Positions 33,059 through 46,789 of a stretch of 64,000 bases of DNA are shown here, one piece after another (positions within the stretch are counted from its first letter, which is position 1; each line of letters begins with the position of its first letter). Under the pieces are notes generated by a model. It worked only from the letters and a program-made list of their open reading frames with translations, made no database searches and had not been told where the DNA came from. Where the stretch lies: contig CM060733.1 of assembly GCA_030704615.1 (NCBI GenBank), positions 62,186,001 through 62,250,000 of the forward strand, in the 5' to 3' direction. Source of the DNA: Takakia lepidozioides. Taxonomy: Eukaryota; Plantae; Bryophyta. The position numbers and the translations under genes were made by a program.

Positions 33059-36000
33059 CTACTCTCCTGCACCCTCCGAGGAACTTGCCCCACCTTCTTC
33101 CTCATCCCCCTCATCCCCCTCATCCTCCGAGCTCTGTGATGCATCAGTTCCACTATGCCTCTCAAAAATCCCGTCCTCTCCTTGGGGGACTGTCCACCTC
33201 ACCTCCTGGGAATCTTCTGCGTCTTCTCCCCCACTTTCCTCAGCAGAATCCAAGACAAATCTACGAGCCCGACGGGCTCTAATAGCTGCTGCCTCCTCCC
33301 TCATCTTCATTTTCTTGAGGCTTGCCTCGTCTAAAATCTGCTGTACACGACTACGTTCGGAACACCTCCTAATGGACACCGAAGCAAGCCGGGCAGCATA
33401 AGTAGGAAGGATGTACTCCCTTTCTGGACTAGGCATGAAATCCCCCCTGGCAAAAAAAGGCACGTTCCTCCTGCCCATGAACTCCGGTGTAGACGTCCCT
33501 CCAGCAGTATTTGGCATCCTACAGTAAGAACAAATCCACTTCAAGAATGTCAATACCAGCACAACCAGAAAGGGTTTTCAATGAAATAAGAGAGCGGAGG
33601 GAGGTGCCTCACGAAATCTGGAGGCAACTTACAATGCCACCACTCACTCGTAAACCGGGGGCTCCTCGGCCTCGATCCCAACTTCCTCCCCCTGCTCCTT
33701 CTCGGATTTTTCCTCATCCTCCGAGGATGCCTCTTCCTCTTTCGGCAGACGTTCAGCCGCTGCAAGTTCCGAGTTGTGGAGGGCAGTATCTGGCTCGAAG
33801 GCGAACACATGCCTGTCGGACAACGTCCCTGCCCACATTGAAGCACCTGAGAAACAAAGCGGGCGGTTAATAGCTTGCGGCATGCAATTGCAATCGGGCC
33901 AGGGGACAAACTAAGCACGTGAAGGCTTACCCATGCCGCATGTGAGGTCCAGAATCCGCCCTTGGACATCCGAGCACGTCTCCATGAGGGTTTGGATGAA
34001 AGCAGGGCTCGGGGTCCGGCTGTACCGCCACGGTTTGCCTGTCTTTCTGTCCTTCGGCATACTGGAGTGGGGCACATAGTTGTAGAGGACATCGTAGGTT
34101 ACAGGGTCCACAGCGGCATCAACAAGACGACCGTCGTTGCGGAATTTGAACGTAGACCCTCTCTTCACAAAGCAATATGCCTCAAACACCAATGTCTGCA
34201 CATCCAACAAAGAAGGGATCAACTCCAGGGTCTACTTAACATACACCACAATATGAAGTGAATGCAATAGATTGATAACTTACACTTTGGCCCTCTGTTC
34301 GCAACCCCTGTGTACTGATGCAGAACCATTTTCTGAGGAGGACCGGGGTGACACTTTTCGGTGTCCACCTTGCCACCGCATTCTCTGTGGTCTTCCCTCT
34401 CGTGGCAAGGACAACCACACATCCACCGTCATCCAGAAGCATCCCCGCCAGCCCAAACCCGGCTTTCCAGTAGTCCTCAGTAAACCTGTTCTAGGTGGGC
34501 ACACCATCCAGGCCCTCCAGCAGCTCCCCATCTGGAATGTCGAGGAGAATCATGTCGCAAGCTCTCTCCACCTCAACCCCCCCCCCGAGTGCTCTTGCAA
34601 TTCGTGCTCACAGCCGTGAAGAATTCCATCATGGCTTCAAAACCAGGGGTGTCTTTAGGCTCTGTACCGCCAGCCCTCTTCTTGGCTTTCCCCTTCTGCT
34701 CCGCCAGAGACTTGTTGTGTGCCACCTTCTTCGCCCTGGCAGTGAGAGCGTCAAGGAAGCTCTCATTGACGCATTGGATGATGGTTGGAGGTTCTAGCTT
34801 TGGCCTGTGCGTAAACGTCACCGCCGAATACCGTCGTGTAGGCTCGGCCTCAAATGCCAACTTCTTGGCAGAGCCAGTCCCACTCCGAACTGACTTGGGA
34901 ACCCGGACGACCGGTGACTGGGTAGGAGCAACAGCAGTCGCAGGACCTTGAACAAAGTCGTCGTCCGAGTCACTCTCTTGGGTCCCCTCCTGCGCCTCCT
35001 CCGTTGCCCCGATGGTTTTCTTCTTTTTGGGTGTTACTGCACTCACCTGTTTCCTTGTCCTTTTCCTTTGGCCTTTACTCTTCTCATGCAATTTCTCCTG
35101 AATTCCTGCCTAAGCAAGCTCTGCCGCTTTCCTGGAGTTCGCAAGCGCTTTTGCCTCTTTTGCACCCAACGGAGGTAGCGGAGCCCGGTTTCGTCGGAAT
35201 TCAGCATCCAGCTTCAATTGAAACTCGGATGGGTCGAGCGAGTTTGAAGGCAAAAACAGATGTGGTCTCTCTCCTCAACTACCTATTATTCTTTCCATGG
35301 TATGGTATGGCATACCTGCAATGTTGTTTTCTGAGGGTGAAGCCACTCTATATACTATCCAATACATTGAATAACGGGCGGAAGGTCCACATACCAAGGG
35401 CAATCACGCAAATGTTCCAGATGCCACTCCTTCACAATATCGTCAGTGTACATGGAGTCAGCCCCAGGGTTCCTCCATGCCAGGAAGAATGGTGGCTCGA
35501 AAGACAGATGACCTTTCTCCAAAAGGGAGAACTTGCAGTACCTGCATTCATGAAAAACACAATGAGATCCCTGAAATGCATATTCGGCACCATTTTCCCA
35601 GGTTGGGGCGGATGTGAGTGGGCCTAGAAATGGAAAAATGGCGCCGAATTTCGGTTTTCGGTGACTGCCACCCTAGGGACTTAGCCATCTTGAGAGCCCT
35701 GAACTGGAAATTCGGCGCCATTTTTCCCGGTTTGGCCCGAAGATGGCTAAGTCCCATAACGGCAATAGGGCCTAGAACTAGAAAAATGGCGCCGAATTTC
35801 CAGTTCAGGGCCAGCCACCATAGGGACTTAGCCCGAAAATGGCTAAGTCCCTGAACGGCAATAGGGCCTAGAACTGGAAAATGGTGCCGAATTTCCAGTT
35901 CTGGGCCAGCCACCCTAGGGATCTAGCCCGAAAATGGCTAAGTCCCTGAACGGCAATAGGGCCTATAACTGGAAAATGGCGCCAAATTTCCACTTCGGGG

Positions 36001-36730
36001 CCAGCCACCTTAGGGACTTACCCCGAAAATGGCTAAGTCCCTGAACGGCAATAGGGCCTGGAACTGGAAAATGGCGCCGAATTTCCAGTTCAGGGCCAGC
36101 CAGTCTAGTGACTTAGCCCGAAAATGGCTAAGTCCCTGAACGGCAATAGGGCCTACAACTGGAAAATGGCGCCGAATTTCCACTTCGGGGCCAGCCACCC
36201 TAGGGACTTACCCCGAAAATGGCTAAGTCCCTGAACGGCAATAGGGCCTGGAACTGGAAAATGGCGCCGAATTTCCAGTTCAGGGCCAGCCAGTCTAGGG
36301 ACTTAGCCCAAAAATGGCCAAGTCCCTGAACGGCAATAGGGCCTAGAACTGGAAAATGGCGCCGAATTTCCAGTTCAGGGCCAGCCAGTCTAGGGACTTA
36401 GCCATTTTCGGAGCCATGACTGGAAATTCGGCGCCATTTTCCCTAACACCACATGAGGCTTCTAACATCCTGAAATGCAAGGACTTCAAAGAAAGGCAGC
36501 GCTTATGTACCTGTACAGAAGGCGCATTGCTGCTTTGTCCGCGTTCGGCTGGTCGGTGAACTCGTGGCTCCGGCGAGCATCTGCTATCTCCCGAAAGAAT
36601 AGGTTGGTTTTGTAGAGCAGAAAGTACCTCGTCACATAGTCACGTAGGCTCTCTGCTGCAGGAGATATCTCCATCTTGAACTGATGTGCTTGTGTGTCCA
36701 GCTGCTCTTGCGCATTCGTCGTCACCTGTG
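33059..36730 (-). pseudogene. 3' half of subfamily B ParB/MTase-like gene
   Basis: Same exon series as A, including LLDIPDG, PSPAFIQTLMETCSDVQGRILDLTCGMG / ASMWAGTLSDRHVFAFEPD and the acidic last exon. Carries stops and frameshifts. Confidence 0.8.
35580..36445. repeat. Intronic ~95-bp tandem array with B-type palindrome and GGGACTTAGCC/GGCTAAGTCCC hairpin
   Basis: Unit starts at 36066, 36161, 36256 and 36351, inside predicted intron 35542-36510. Confidence 0.88.
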
Positions 36731-36737
36731 GAGATTC

Positions 36738-38419
36738 TCCATGTGCCTTGCGTGGAAGCACGCTCCCACCTTGGATGATGCAGAGACACAGTTTGCATGC
36801 ATACGGGCTTGGTGGACATCGTCAGGTGCTGTAAGGAAATCAGACGAGGGAGCAATGGTCAGTTGGCTAGCATGGTGGCATTATCGTTTCCTCCAGTTCG
36901 GCGACTATATGCGGGAGGTGAGTTGCACGAATTCGGGTCCCGTTGAATATTATTCTTGGCCATATTTGTAACTTGCTTGTAACCTCAACATGTGCTTGTG
37001 CAGGAAATGTGTCTCGACTCCGACACCGACATGCCCACGACAAACATGGCCGAATCAGTGCACTCTTCCTGGCGTGCCTCCTCTGCGGCACATCTGGTGG
37101 ACATCCTCACTGCCACAACGGAGGACATTGTGAGGTCAATTATGCAGCAATGCAGGTACAACGAGTTCTTGAAAGGGAAACAGTGGGGCTTGGGGCCGGA
37201 CAGGCAGGAAATGCTGATGCGGACTGCCTCTAGATCAAAGAATCCTCGGAAGTGGGCAGCGGCCTTGCGAGAGGGCCTTCGGGACACGCCATTGCTGCGA
37301 AGAGGCCAACATTTGGAAGGAGATGTTCATACCCGTCCAGTGAGACGAAGACTTGACGAGGCACCTGGCGGAGAAGAGGATTCATGGCGAGCTGACAAGA
37401 ATATTCGCACGCTCCCTCGTGGTCCGGTGATGTTGCCCGAGGAGGTCTCGTCGAGCACCGCAAGTCCTGCACGTTCAAGATCGCCATCTCCTTCGAGCAC
37501 AGGGCGCGTGCCCCGGCAACATAACGAGCCATCTGTAGTAAAGCAGTACAACATTCCCATTGAGACAAGAGTGTCGGAGTCACAGTGGAGAATTGCGAGG
37601 ACATTGCCGGCATTTCGAGGGAAGTGCTGCGCCATCCGGGTGGATACGAGAGCACGATGTGGTGAGATGATTCGGAGGAACCCACACGGTGCTGTACCTG
37701 CACCTTGTTTCAACGGCAGATTTTTGACTCCCACATTTGCTCACGCCACAACGCAGACATTTTGGTTCTGTAGGCACGACATAATGACCTGTGTATTTGG
37801 CAAGCCCAAGTACGGGATTCAGGGAATGCCGGAGCCTCCGGGCGTCTGGCCTGTTGCACCGGGTTGCAGCCTCTCTCAGAATGAGGCGGATGCTCTATCT
37901 GCAGCAGGATTTCGAATGGTGCAACGCACAGACATCCCGGCCCACGCATTTCCGGTTCCTCAGACCCAGCCATTGCAGACTGCTCGGTCCAGTAGAGACG
38001 GATTGGACAATTCTGCACATCCCACAATGCGATTTGGAAGAGTGAAGAGACGACACCCTCCCAACAAGTTGAATGAGACTCGGATTGCCAATGCTCTTGG
38101 GATGGCTTGCACTATTCAGAGCTCCGTGGACGTACCCCCACCCGGCCTTGGGCGTGTGTATCGGATGGCAACGGCCGGCTCGGCTGTACGCGACGATGTA
38201 TACACAATTACGATTGGAGTGGAGCCGACTTGCAATTGTACGGACTTCTCGTTGATGGAAGCAAAGAAGGGTTTGAAGTATTATCCGTGCAAGCATCTGT
38301 ATTACATTTACCTGAAGAGGTTGAGGATGAACGTGACTATTGATGACTTTATTCATGCACCGGCGTTGAGCATGAACGAGCTGCACAAACTCCTCCTTAG
38401 GGATTCCAGAAATCATTGA
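36738..38419 (+). pseudogene. C-terminal part of subfamily B transposase (catalytic Glu, SWIM)
   Basis: TTNMAESVHSSW and CNCTDF...CKHLYY in ORF 36992..38419. Intron position as in A. The N-terminus is deleted. Confidence 0.88.
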
Positions 38420-38572
38420 TGGGGCAAAGGGAATCCTCCATATGGATATTTTCAATTGCATTTTGCTGTATCAGACTTTTTTTTGCAGTGTAATGAAATG
38501 CACCCCAAAACTCCTGGAATGAGGCAATATTCCATTCAAACTGAGATCCAACAGAAGCAGTTGTGGGGCCAT

Positions 38573-38820
38573 TTCTGGAAAAATGGCGCCGAATTTCTCT
38601 TTTTGGGCCGAAAACTGGCTAAGTCCTAACATGCACTGGTACCTATGTCTGGGAAAATGGCGCCGAATTTCTCTTTTTTGGGCCGAAAATTGGCTAAGTC
38701 CCAACATGCACTGGTACCGTGTCTGGAAAAATGGCGCCGAATTTCTCTTTTTTGGGCCGAAAACTGGCTAAGTCCCAACATGCACTGGTACAGTGTCTGG
38801 AAAAATGGCGCCGAATTACC
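38573..38820. repeat. 74-bp tandem repeat carrying the B-type palindrome
   Basis: Units at ~38577, 38651, 38725 and 38799. Confidence 0.88.
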
Positions 38821-39198
38821 TGTCATGAGGGGACCTATAGCCGCGGAATTCGGCACCATTTTTCGCTAGAGAGACCTATTACCGCGAAATACGTCGCCGT
38901 TTTTTCAGGTTACGGACCCTATTACCGTGAAATTCGGCGCCATATTTGCACATGTCGCTGGGAATTGGCATGAGCGGAAGACGAAATATCATGAGCACAA
39001 CTGTCAAAACTGCAAGTTTCCCTTCAAGGGGCCGAATAATATATTTTTTTTTCCTGACACATTGCATTAAAGTATTGTTTTTTATTGTTTTTTATTTTCG
39101 AAATTTGTACTTCTGCTCATGAAAACCGATTGTCTTACTACTCCGCTCATGCCGCTCATGCCGCTCATGCTGCTCATGCTCATGAAATAGCAAACCTC

Positions 39199-40058
39199 TC
39201 TTCCTACTGGTAGTCTCTTCTCCAAAATGACCTCCAGCTACTCCTTTATGAACTTCCTCCAAAACTTTTACTTCATGGTGGTACAAGCATCGTTTAAGTA
39301 CTCCATCAGGTCCTAGCTTATACATTCTTCCCCCTACCATAGTATAAGGTAAAGCCTTGATAGCGATTCTCTTCCTCTGCTCCTTACCATAACTAGGTGG
39401 GCACTGACCATGAGTAAGGTAGTATCTGATTGGCCACTGCCAATCTAACCATTCATCCGCACTTCCCTGCACCTCCATTGCAAATAAACTCGCATCAGGT
39501 AATTGGTCGTCTACTCCTGTGGCGGGCTCTCCTGTTGTTATGTGTGACAAATGATCTGCCACAAGATGCAAATGGCCAGGCTTGTAAACAACTTCGAACT
39601 CAAACTCGTGCAAGATTATTAACCACCTTGCTATCCTTCCACTTATCAAAGGTTTGTTCACCAGACATATCAGAGCCTGGTGATCCACATAAAACATAAA
39701 CTTTCTTCCCAATAGGTAATGCCTGAATTTCTTGACTGCATAAATCATTGCTAGTGCTTCTCTTTCAGTTGTGCTATAGTTCCTTTCAGCACTGTTCATC
39801 AACCTGCTAGCATAGTACACAGGTGACTCTATATTTCCTGTAACATTTTGGGCTATCACCGCTCCCAACGCCTCCCCTACCTTCACCATCCTCGGTTCCT
39901 CTTCAGTTCCCACATTCACTTCTCTCACCTGCTCATCAGCTGTGATTGTCCAACCAGTCACCACTTCATCCTGTAAACTCACAGTGGCTGGTTCCTCTAG
40001 GATTTCCATTTCTCCCTCTTTTTTTTCATAGAAATGTGGTGGGTAACTGCTTGTTTCA
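39199..40058 (-). pseudogene. pol: Gypsy pol fragment: post-protease linker fused to RNase H and integrase start (RT deleted)
   Basis: EPRMVKVG|EALGAVIAQ junction, then NYSTTEREALA, VDHQAL, ADHLS and GGHFG. Confidence 0.9.
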
Positions 40059-40909
40059 GAGGTTTACTATTTCATGAGCAGAAACCATGAGCCATGAGCC
40101 ATGAGCCGCATGAGCCGCATGAGCGGTGAGCCGAAGTCTAAGATACGCGGATTTCATGAGCGGACTCCTCCAAATTTGGAAATGCGGTAGATTAAACAAG
40201 TATTAAAATAATAGTTTTTTATTTGACCTTGCCGTTTTTGGACGTTCCAGATCATGTAATGCGGCGAAGATATGTCGTCAGTAACAAGTCCGCTCATGGT
40301 TTTTTAGATCCGCTCATGGAAATAAGTGACCGTGCAACGGGAAATCCAGTATACCACTGCAAAAGAACGTCGCATACTGGCCTGTATAGAGTATTCTGCG
40401 GTTTTACATGCCTTAACATTGGAATGAAGCTGACCCTTTTGCCGCGATTGAACCAATGGAGTCTGCACCAATACAGTCTGCAGTACTTCACAATTCTGTC
40501 TTCTTCGGGTATTCGGCGGGAAAGGTTTGCAACTGAACTGGGAAATAAGGTGCCGCATTAGGGTTCGCACGTGCGAAATTTCGGAGCGGTTTGGTGTTGG
40601 CGAAGGCCGCCTCTACCAGTACCTACGACGATACTTGGAAATGCGGCGCCGCATTTCCTTGTCGGAGGTCGAATGAGGAAATCAAGTTTTCGGAAAGCAG
40701 AAAAACATGAACCCTCCAACATACAAAAATACATGCACGTGGAAACAAGTGAACGATATAGTAATATCTTAGTTCGAGCAAAACAGGTTACTGGTAGGCA
40801 AGACATATGTCGGACCTTTCTGTGGCCAGAGTTTGAGGTACTGGCAGCAGTACAGTTCTACTATCCGAAAAGGATGGGCGTACCATTGTATTGGGACCGC
40901 AAGCCAAGC

Positions 40910-43900
40910 TCACTGGTCCCCTGGATCCATATTCAGAAGAGTGTGAACCTCCTGGGGGCTCAACCCTGGTGCATGTATGAAGTGATGAGTTGTGGAATTA
41001 CAACGGAGTCTCTTTAGGTACACGTAGTACAAATGCTTGCAAGGGCAGTATGATGCCCCCTTGTTCGCCATGATCTGGAAGTCGGTGCAATTGCAGGTGG
41101 GTAATTCTGAAATGGTGATGGTGTACACCTCATTGCGAACAGCTGAGCCCGCCGTGGCCATCTGATACACACGCCCAATCCTGGTGGGGGCACTTCAGTC
41201 GAGCTCTGGATTGTACAGTTCATCCGAAGTGCATTCCCCATCCTTGTCTCGTTCACTTTTGAGGGAGGTTGCCGCCTCTTCGGTTTCCCCAACGGTGTGT
41301 AGGATGCTTAGAGCTGTCGTGTCCCATTGTGCTTGCTCTCACAGGGGTCGGTGGTGGAGGCTGTGGAAGCGGAAATGGTTGTCTGGGGACGTCAGTGCGC
41401 TGCACCATCCGAAATCCTGCGGCGGTAAGGGCGTCGGCCTCAACCTGACTCAGATCGCAGCCTGGTTCCACCGGCCACACCGGGGGAGCCTCTGGCATTG
41501 TTTGTATGCCGTACTTGGGCTTTCCATACACGCAAGTCATAATGTCGTGCCTGCAGAACCAGAACTGGGTGGTTGTCGCCTCCGCAAACTTTGCATGGAC
41601 AAATCTTCCTGTAAAAGTAGGAGCAGGGACAGCCCCATCTGGATTCCTCCTTATCATCTCTAAACAACGTTGTCGTGTATCCACACGAATTGCGGAACAC
41701 CTTCCTCGAAACGACGGCTTTGTGCGAGCAATTCTCCACTGTGATGCAGACACAGTCGTCTCCACAATGGCTTGGCCATACTGCATAGCAGCGGGCGGAA
41801 TCTGGGGCAAGGGAGCGGTGGGAATTTCTCGCACGAAATCCCCGGTTGAAGGCGACGGCGATCTGGAATTTCTTGGGCTTCCATTGCTGGAAGACACATT
41901 GTGCGGCAACATGACGGGACCTCGAGGTGCTGTCCGAATGTTCCTGTCGGATCTCCAGGAATCCTCTTCGCACCCAGGTTCCTCTTCAATCCTCCGCCTG
42001 ACAGGGCGAGTCCGGACGTCCCCCTCTAGGTGTTCACCTCTGCGGTGCAGAGGCGTCCCTTTGATCTTCTCTCGCAATGATGTCGCCCATTTCAGTGGAT
42101 TCTTGGACCTCGAAGCTGTTCGTACCAACAATTCCTCCCTGTCCGGCCCAAAGCCCCATTGTTTGCCGCTCAGGAACTTGTAGTACGTGGCTTGCTGCAT
42201 GATTGCTCTGTCGATGTCCTTCGTTGTGGCCGTCACTACGTCCACCAGATGTGCGGCAGAAGACGCTCGCCAGGACGAGTGGACCGATTCTGCCATATTC
42301 GTGTTCGGCATGTCCGTGTCGGAATCCAAGCACCGCTCCTAGAAGGACACAAACAATGGTGAGGGACCAATCAAAATGTGCGTAACAGAAAGACAAATGA
42401 ACGAAAATGACAGCAGCCTACCTCCCGCATGTACTGTCCGAACTGTCGATACCGAAAATGCCACCACCCCAACCAGCTGTGCAATGCTCCCAGATTGGTT
42501 GTCTCCACTGCACCTGACGTGTTCCACCAAGCCTCGATGATAGCAAACTTAACCTCCGCGTCATCAAATGTGGGTGCATCCTTCCACGCCGTACAAAGGA
42601 CACGGTGTTCAGCCTGGAATGAGCTAGCAACAAATTTGGTAGTGTAGTGGGATAGACTCTGCATCCAATGGAATCCACAAGATCTCTCTTTCCCTTCCAT
42701 TGGAACATTGGGGTCCTCACCGTACACACGCCGCACCGCTGCCCAGTTGGCCTGAGCGTTGTCTGCCATGAATCCCCTGAAATTGGGCTCTGGCAATCCC
42801 GCCCTTGCCATCTGCTCGTTTATGCCCTCCCACAGATGCATCTCGGACTGTGTGTCCTCCCCTTTCATCTCGCAGATTGCAATCGTCATGAGCCTCTTGG
42901 AGTGATAGTCATAAACATGCGCACCCATAGTCACCCACTGATGGTTTGTAATTCGCTTGATGTGATCAAACATCACCCAAGCATTCGACAAGTTTCCAGT
43001 TGTCATGCGAGTGACCAAGTCGACTCCACTCCCAGGCCCACACGTCGACATTTTGAAAATGTAACAACGATCGGATTCGCTGCCTTGCCCTAGAAACCTG
43101 CTACCTTGGATGTAGTCATATCCAGTCATTCGTTTCACCTCCAGGATTGAGTACATGTCCGACCCCCTGCCGAACTCCTGCTTGCAAGATACAATGTGAT
43201 TCCGCACATTCGGACTACAAACGTGCGAGACGGACTCCAAGAGGTCACGCATCTCGTCTTCGGTCAAGGGCTCTCGGTCGGAACCATCTTCAGACATGAT
43301 TTTGCCAAGAGCAATCTTGTGGGCTGCCTTCAGCTGAATCTGCTTTGGTCTGGCTCCGGGGCTCAATTTCACCTCCTCTTTTATGATGTCGTGTGCTTCC
43401 TGCACAGCCTCCCGCATGTTGCCTCTCGCCAAGGGGTGGCAGTGGACCCCAACGTGTATGCAAGCTCTAGTCAAGTCCGGGAGCAAATGGATTACGTAAT
43501 ATTGCTTGGCTCTGCACATGGACATGCACGTCGGTGGTTCTTTGCAATGTGCACACTTGAAAGAACCCGCAGGAGCTTGGCTGGAGACAATGAGTGGATG
43601 ATGCGTTGTGCCAGTCCAATCCGTCTCGTTTCTCCGCCCTCCTTTGGAGAGAAAGTGGAAGCAGGTGGGATTGAGGCACCTCAGCTTCCCCGCACAGAGG
43701 ACATATCGTACACGAACACCATCAGCAATTTTCGTGCTACTGGTCTTTGTCACACACCAGGGGTGTCCGTCATGCTTTCGATCCATGTTTGTTAACATCC
43801 CGGAGGCTTTGTTTGACGAAGAAACAGGTGGAAACTCGAAGATGACATTGCCATCGACTTTGGGAGGCAGAAACGTTACCTTTCTGACTGGGAATTTGGC

Positions 43901-44503
43901 ATAGTCGAGAGCAGCCAGCTCGGAGCGAGAACCATTGAGGTGATGTTGTCGTAGGAGCTGCACAATGGACCGGGTTGGAGTTATGCTCGAGGGCACATGC
44001 GTAGCACCTACAGAGACATCCATGCCGGATTTGAACGACCGTGTGGAGGACATGGGTACCTCAATGCAATGATCTTCCTTGTCGGAAATGTCGAATACGT
44101 CCACACGAGAAGCTATGGAGGGTCTTGACGGTCCAGGTCGGGAATGATTATCGTTGCATACCTCTCTGTTGGCAGTGGCCGCCTGTCGGTTTCTGGATGG
44201 TGTGGGCAGCGACTGATTCGGAAAGGGAATGGGCATTCCCACAGCTCGGTACAGGATGGTGTCTGATGGGGGTACGTGCCATTCGATTCCGCAACCTCCG
44301 TCGTTACCTAGCACGACAATGGTCTCGTCAACCTGTCCAGGAACATCCTTCCTTTCTTCTTCCAAATAAACTGTGCCCGGTTTGAGCTTGAATTTGGAAC
44401 AAAGGTAAGTTTCAGTCACTCTGCAAAGTCCTCCCTCGTTTGGGATCCAGGCTCTCCCAAGTTGCGGAGGACAGCAAACTATAGCGTAGGAATTCGGAGC
44501 CAT
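40910..44503 (-). CDS. Mutator-like transposase of A2 (exon 1 intact, two frameshifts late in exon 2)
   Basis: ORFs 42371..44707, 41253..42329 and 40910..41170, with the same motifs as A. Confidence 0.88.
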
Positions 44504-44919
44504 CGAAGACCGCACGAAGTTGGCAAGTGCGAGGTTCAGTATAGCGACAGACCAAGGCTCACAGGCACCATGCGGAGTCCATCGACGATTGGAAGTCGCA
44601 CATTGAAGTGGAAAGTATTGTTTCAAGCTACATGCATGAAGGTGGGAGGTGTGATTCCATAGCCAGTAAGTTAGACAATGATGCCCGATTCGGCGATGAA
44701 ATAACATCTCCTGACAGTTTCTCCTGAGGGTGGATCCAGCAGTATTCTCGGTGCAGACATGAACGTTCGCACTGACAAGTGCCAGTACTGTTAGTTAAAA
44801 CGGTCAGACAACCAAGTTGTGCTCATCAAGACTGGCCGCAATTGTGTTGTTTCGGAACAATGCAACCCATTCAGGTTCCAGATTTCCCGTCCCGAGTGAT
44901 TCTTTCGATTGCTGGTGGA

Positions 44920-46435
44920 CGGAAATACGGCGCCGCATTTCCGTATTGCATCTTGGTCATGCACCAGAGCGACGGAAATGCGGCACCGAGTTTCCGTCCG
45001 GGGGAAACCTTTATACTCTCCAGAACGGAAATGCTGTAACGCATTTCCATCCAGCAAGCACGGTATGTGAAGGTGGTACGGAAATGCGGTAACGCATTTC
45101 CATCCAGCAAGCACGGTATGTGAAGGTGGAACGGAAATGCGGTACCGCATTTCCGTTCTGATTGAGAATCATGAACAAATGGAACAGAAATGCGGCACCG
45201 CATTTCCGTCCGAGTGGCACTTTCCGACATTCCAGAACGGAAATGCGGCACCGCATATCCGCCCGGGTGAGACCTTAACACTCTCCAGAACGGAAATGCG
45301 GTAACGTATTTCCATCCAAAAAGCACGGTATGTGAAGGTGGAATGGAAATGCGGTACCGCATTTCCGTTCTGATTGAGAATTATGAACAACGGGAACAGA
45401 AATGCGGCACCGCATTTCCGTCCGAGTCGCACTTTCCGACATTCCAGAACGAAAATGCGGCGCCGCATTTCCATTTTGTATCTGATGCATGGAGCCGAGT
45501 GCAATTCCAAACGCTTGAGACAGCGCAATTCCGACCGGTTGAGACATTCATACTATCCAGAACGGAAATGCGGTGACGCATTTCCGTTCTGACTGAAAAT
45601 CGTGAACCATCGGAACTGAAATGCGGCAGCGCATTTCCATCCGAGTCGCACCTCCCAACATTCCAGAACGCAAATGCGGCACCGCATTTCCGTTCTGATG
45701 AAAAATCGTGAAACATCGGAACTGAAATGCGGTACCGCATTTCCGTCGGAGTCGCACCTTCCGACATTCCAAAACGGAAATGCGGCGCCGCATTACTGTT
45801 TTGTATGTGAGGCATGGAGCTGTGGAACGAAAATGCGGCACCGCATTTCCGCCAGGGTCAGACCTTAATACTCTACAGAACGGAAATGCGGTACCGCATT
45901 TCCGTTCTGACTGAAAATCGTGAACAACGGGAACAGAAATTCGGCTCCGCATTTCCGTCCGAGTCGCACCTTCCGACATTCTAGAACGGAAATGCGGCGC
46001 CGCATTTCCGTTTTGTATACGAGGCCTGGAGCTGTGGGACGGAAATGTGGTGCCGCATTTCCATCCATGTGAGACCTTCAAACTTTCCAGACAGGAAATG
46101 CGGCACCGCATTTCTGTTCAGGTGAGACCTCTATACTTTCCCGAACGGAAATGTGGAACGGCATTTCGGTTCATCAACTGCGGTATGTGAAGGGGGAACG
46201 GAAATGCGGTACCATATTTTGATTCAGATTGAAAATCATGAACCACGGGAACTGAAATGTTGTGCCGCATTTCCGTCCGAATCGCACCTTTCGACATTCC
46301 TGAACGGAAATGCGGCGCCGCATTTCCCTTTTGTATCGCATACATGGAGCTGTGGGACGGAAATGCGGCACCGTATTTCCGTTCAACAACTAAGGTATGT
46401 GAAGGTGGAACTGAAATGCGGTGCCGCATTTTCTT
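44920..46435. repeat. 53-bp palindrome array of A2 (one extra unit near 45030-45110)
   Basis: Reverse complement of 20286-21745. Confidence 0.92.
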
Positions 46436-46789
46436 CCAACAAGTATGTGATTCAGCGGATGAGAGCGACGCAGACAGGGAGGAAGACGACCCAACGGAGG
46501 TGAGATGGACAGTTCCGCAAGGGGAAGATGGGATTTTTCGAAAGCCTGGCCAACGAGCAGTCCGCTGGAGATGAGAAAGGCACTGAGGGGGTGGAGGCGG
46601 AGCAGGACAGTCTAGAACAGGATGAGGATTCGGATGATTTTCAAGATTAATAGAATTTTAATGAAGTCTCTGTAAATGTAGATTCTCTTCCAGAGTATAT
46701 AAAGGAAAATCTCCCCGACATTCGTCACCCCTCTCCAGTGTGCATTCCAGCCACAAAATCGCCCAAACCACGACGCTCCCAAAATCAGA

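Larger units (their letters stand above)
32855..39198 (+). mobile_element. Element B2: internally deleted subfamily B MULE
   Basis: GGGGGCTGCTATTTCATGAGC ... GCTCATGAAATAGCAAACCTC. 9-bp TSD TCTTCCTAC at 32846-32854 and 39199-39207. Confidence 0.93.

Noticed and set aside
35243-35376. Extra intron in the B2 cargo gene
   Set aside because: It is absent from the copy at 1-1051 and lacks GT-AG ends on the coding strand. It is more likely a small insertion.
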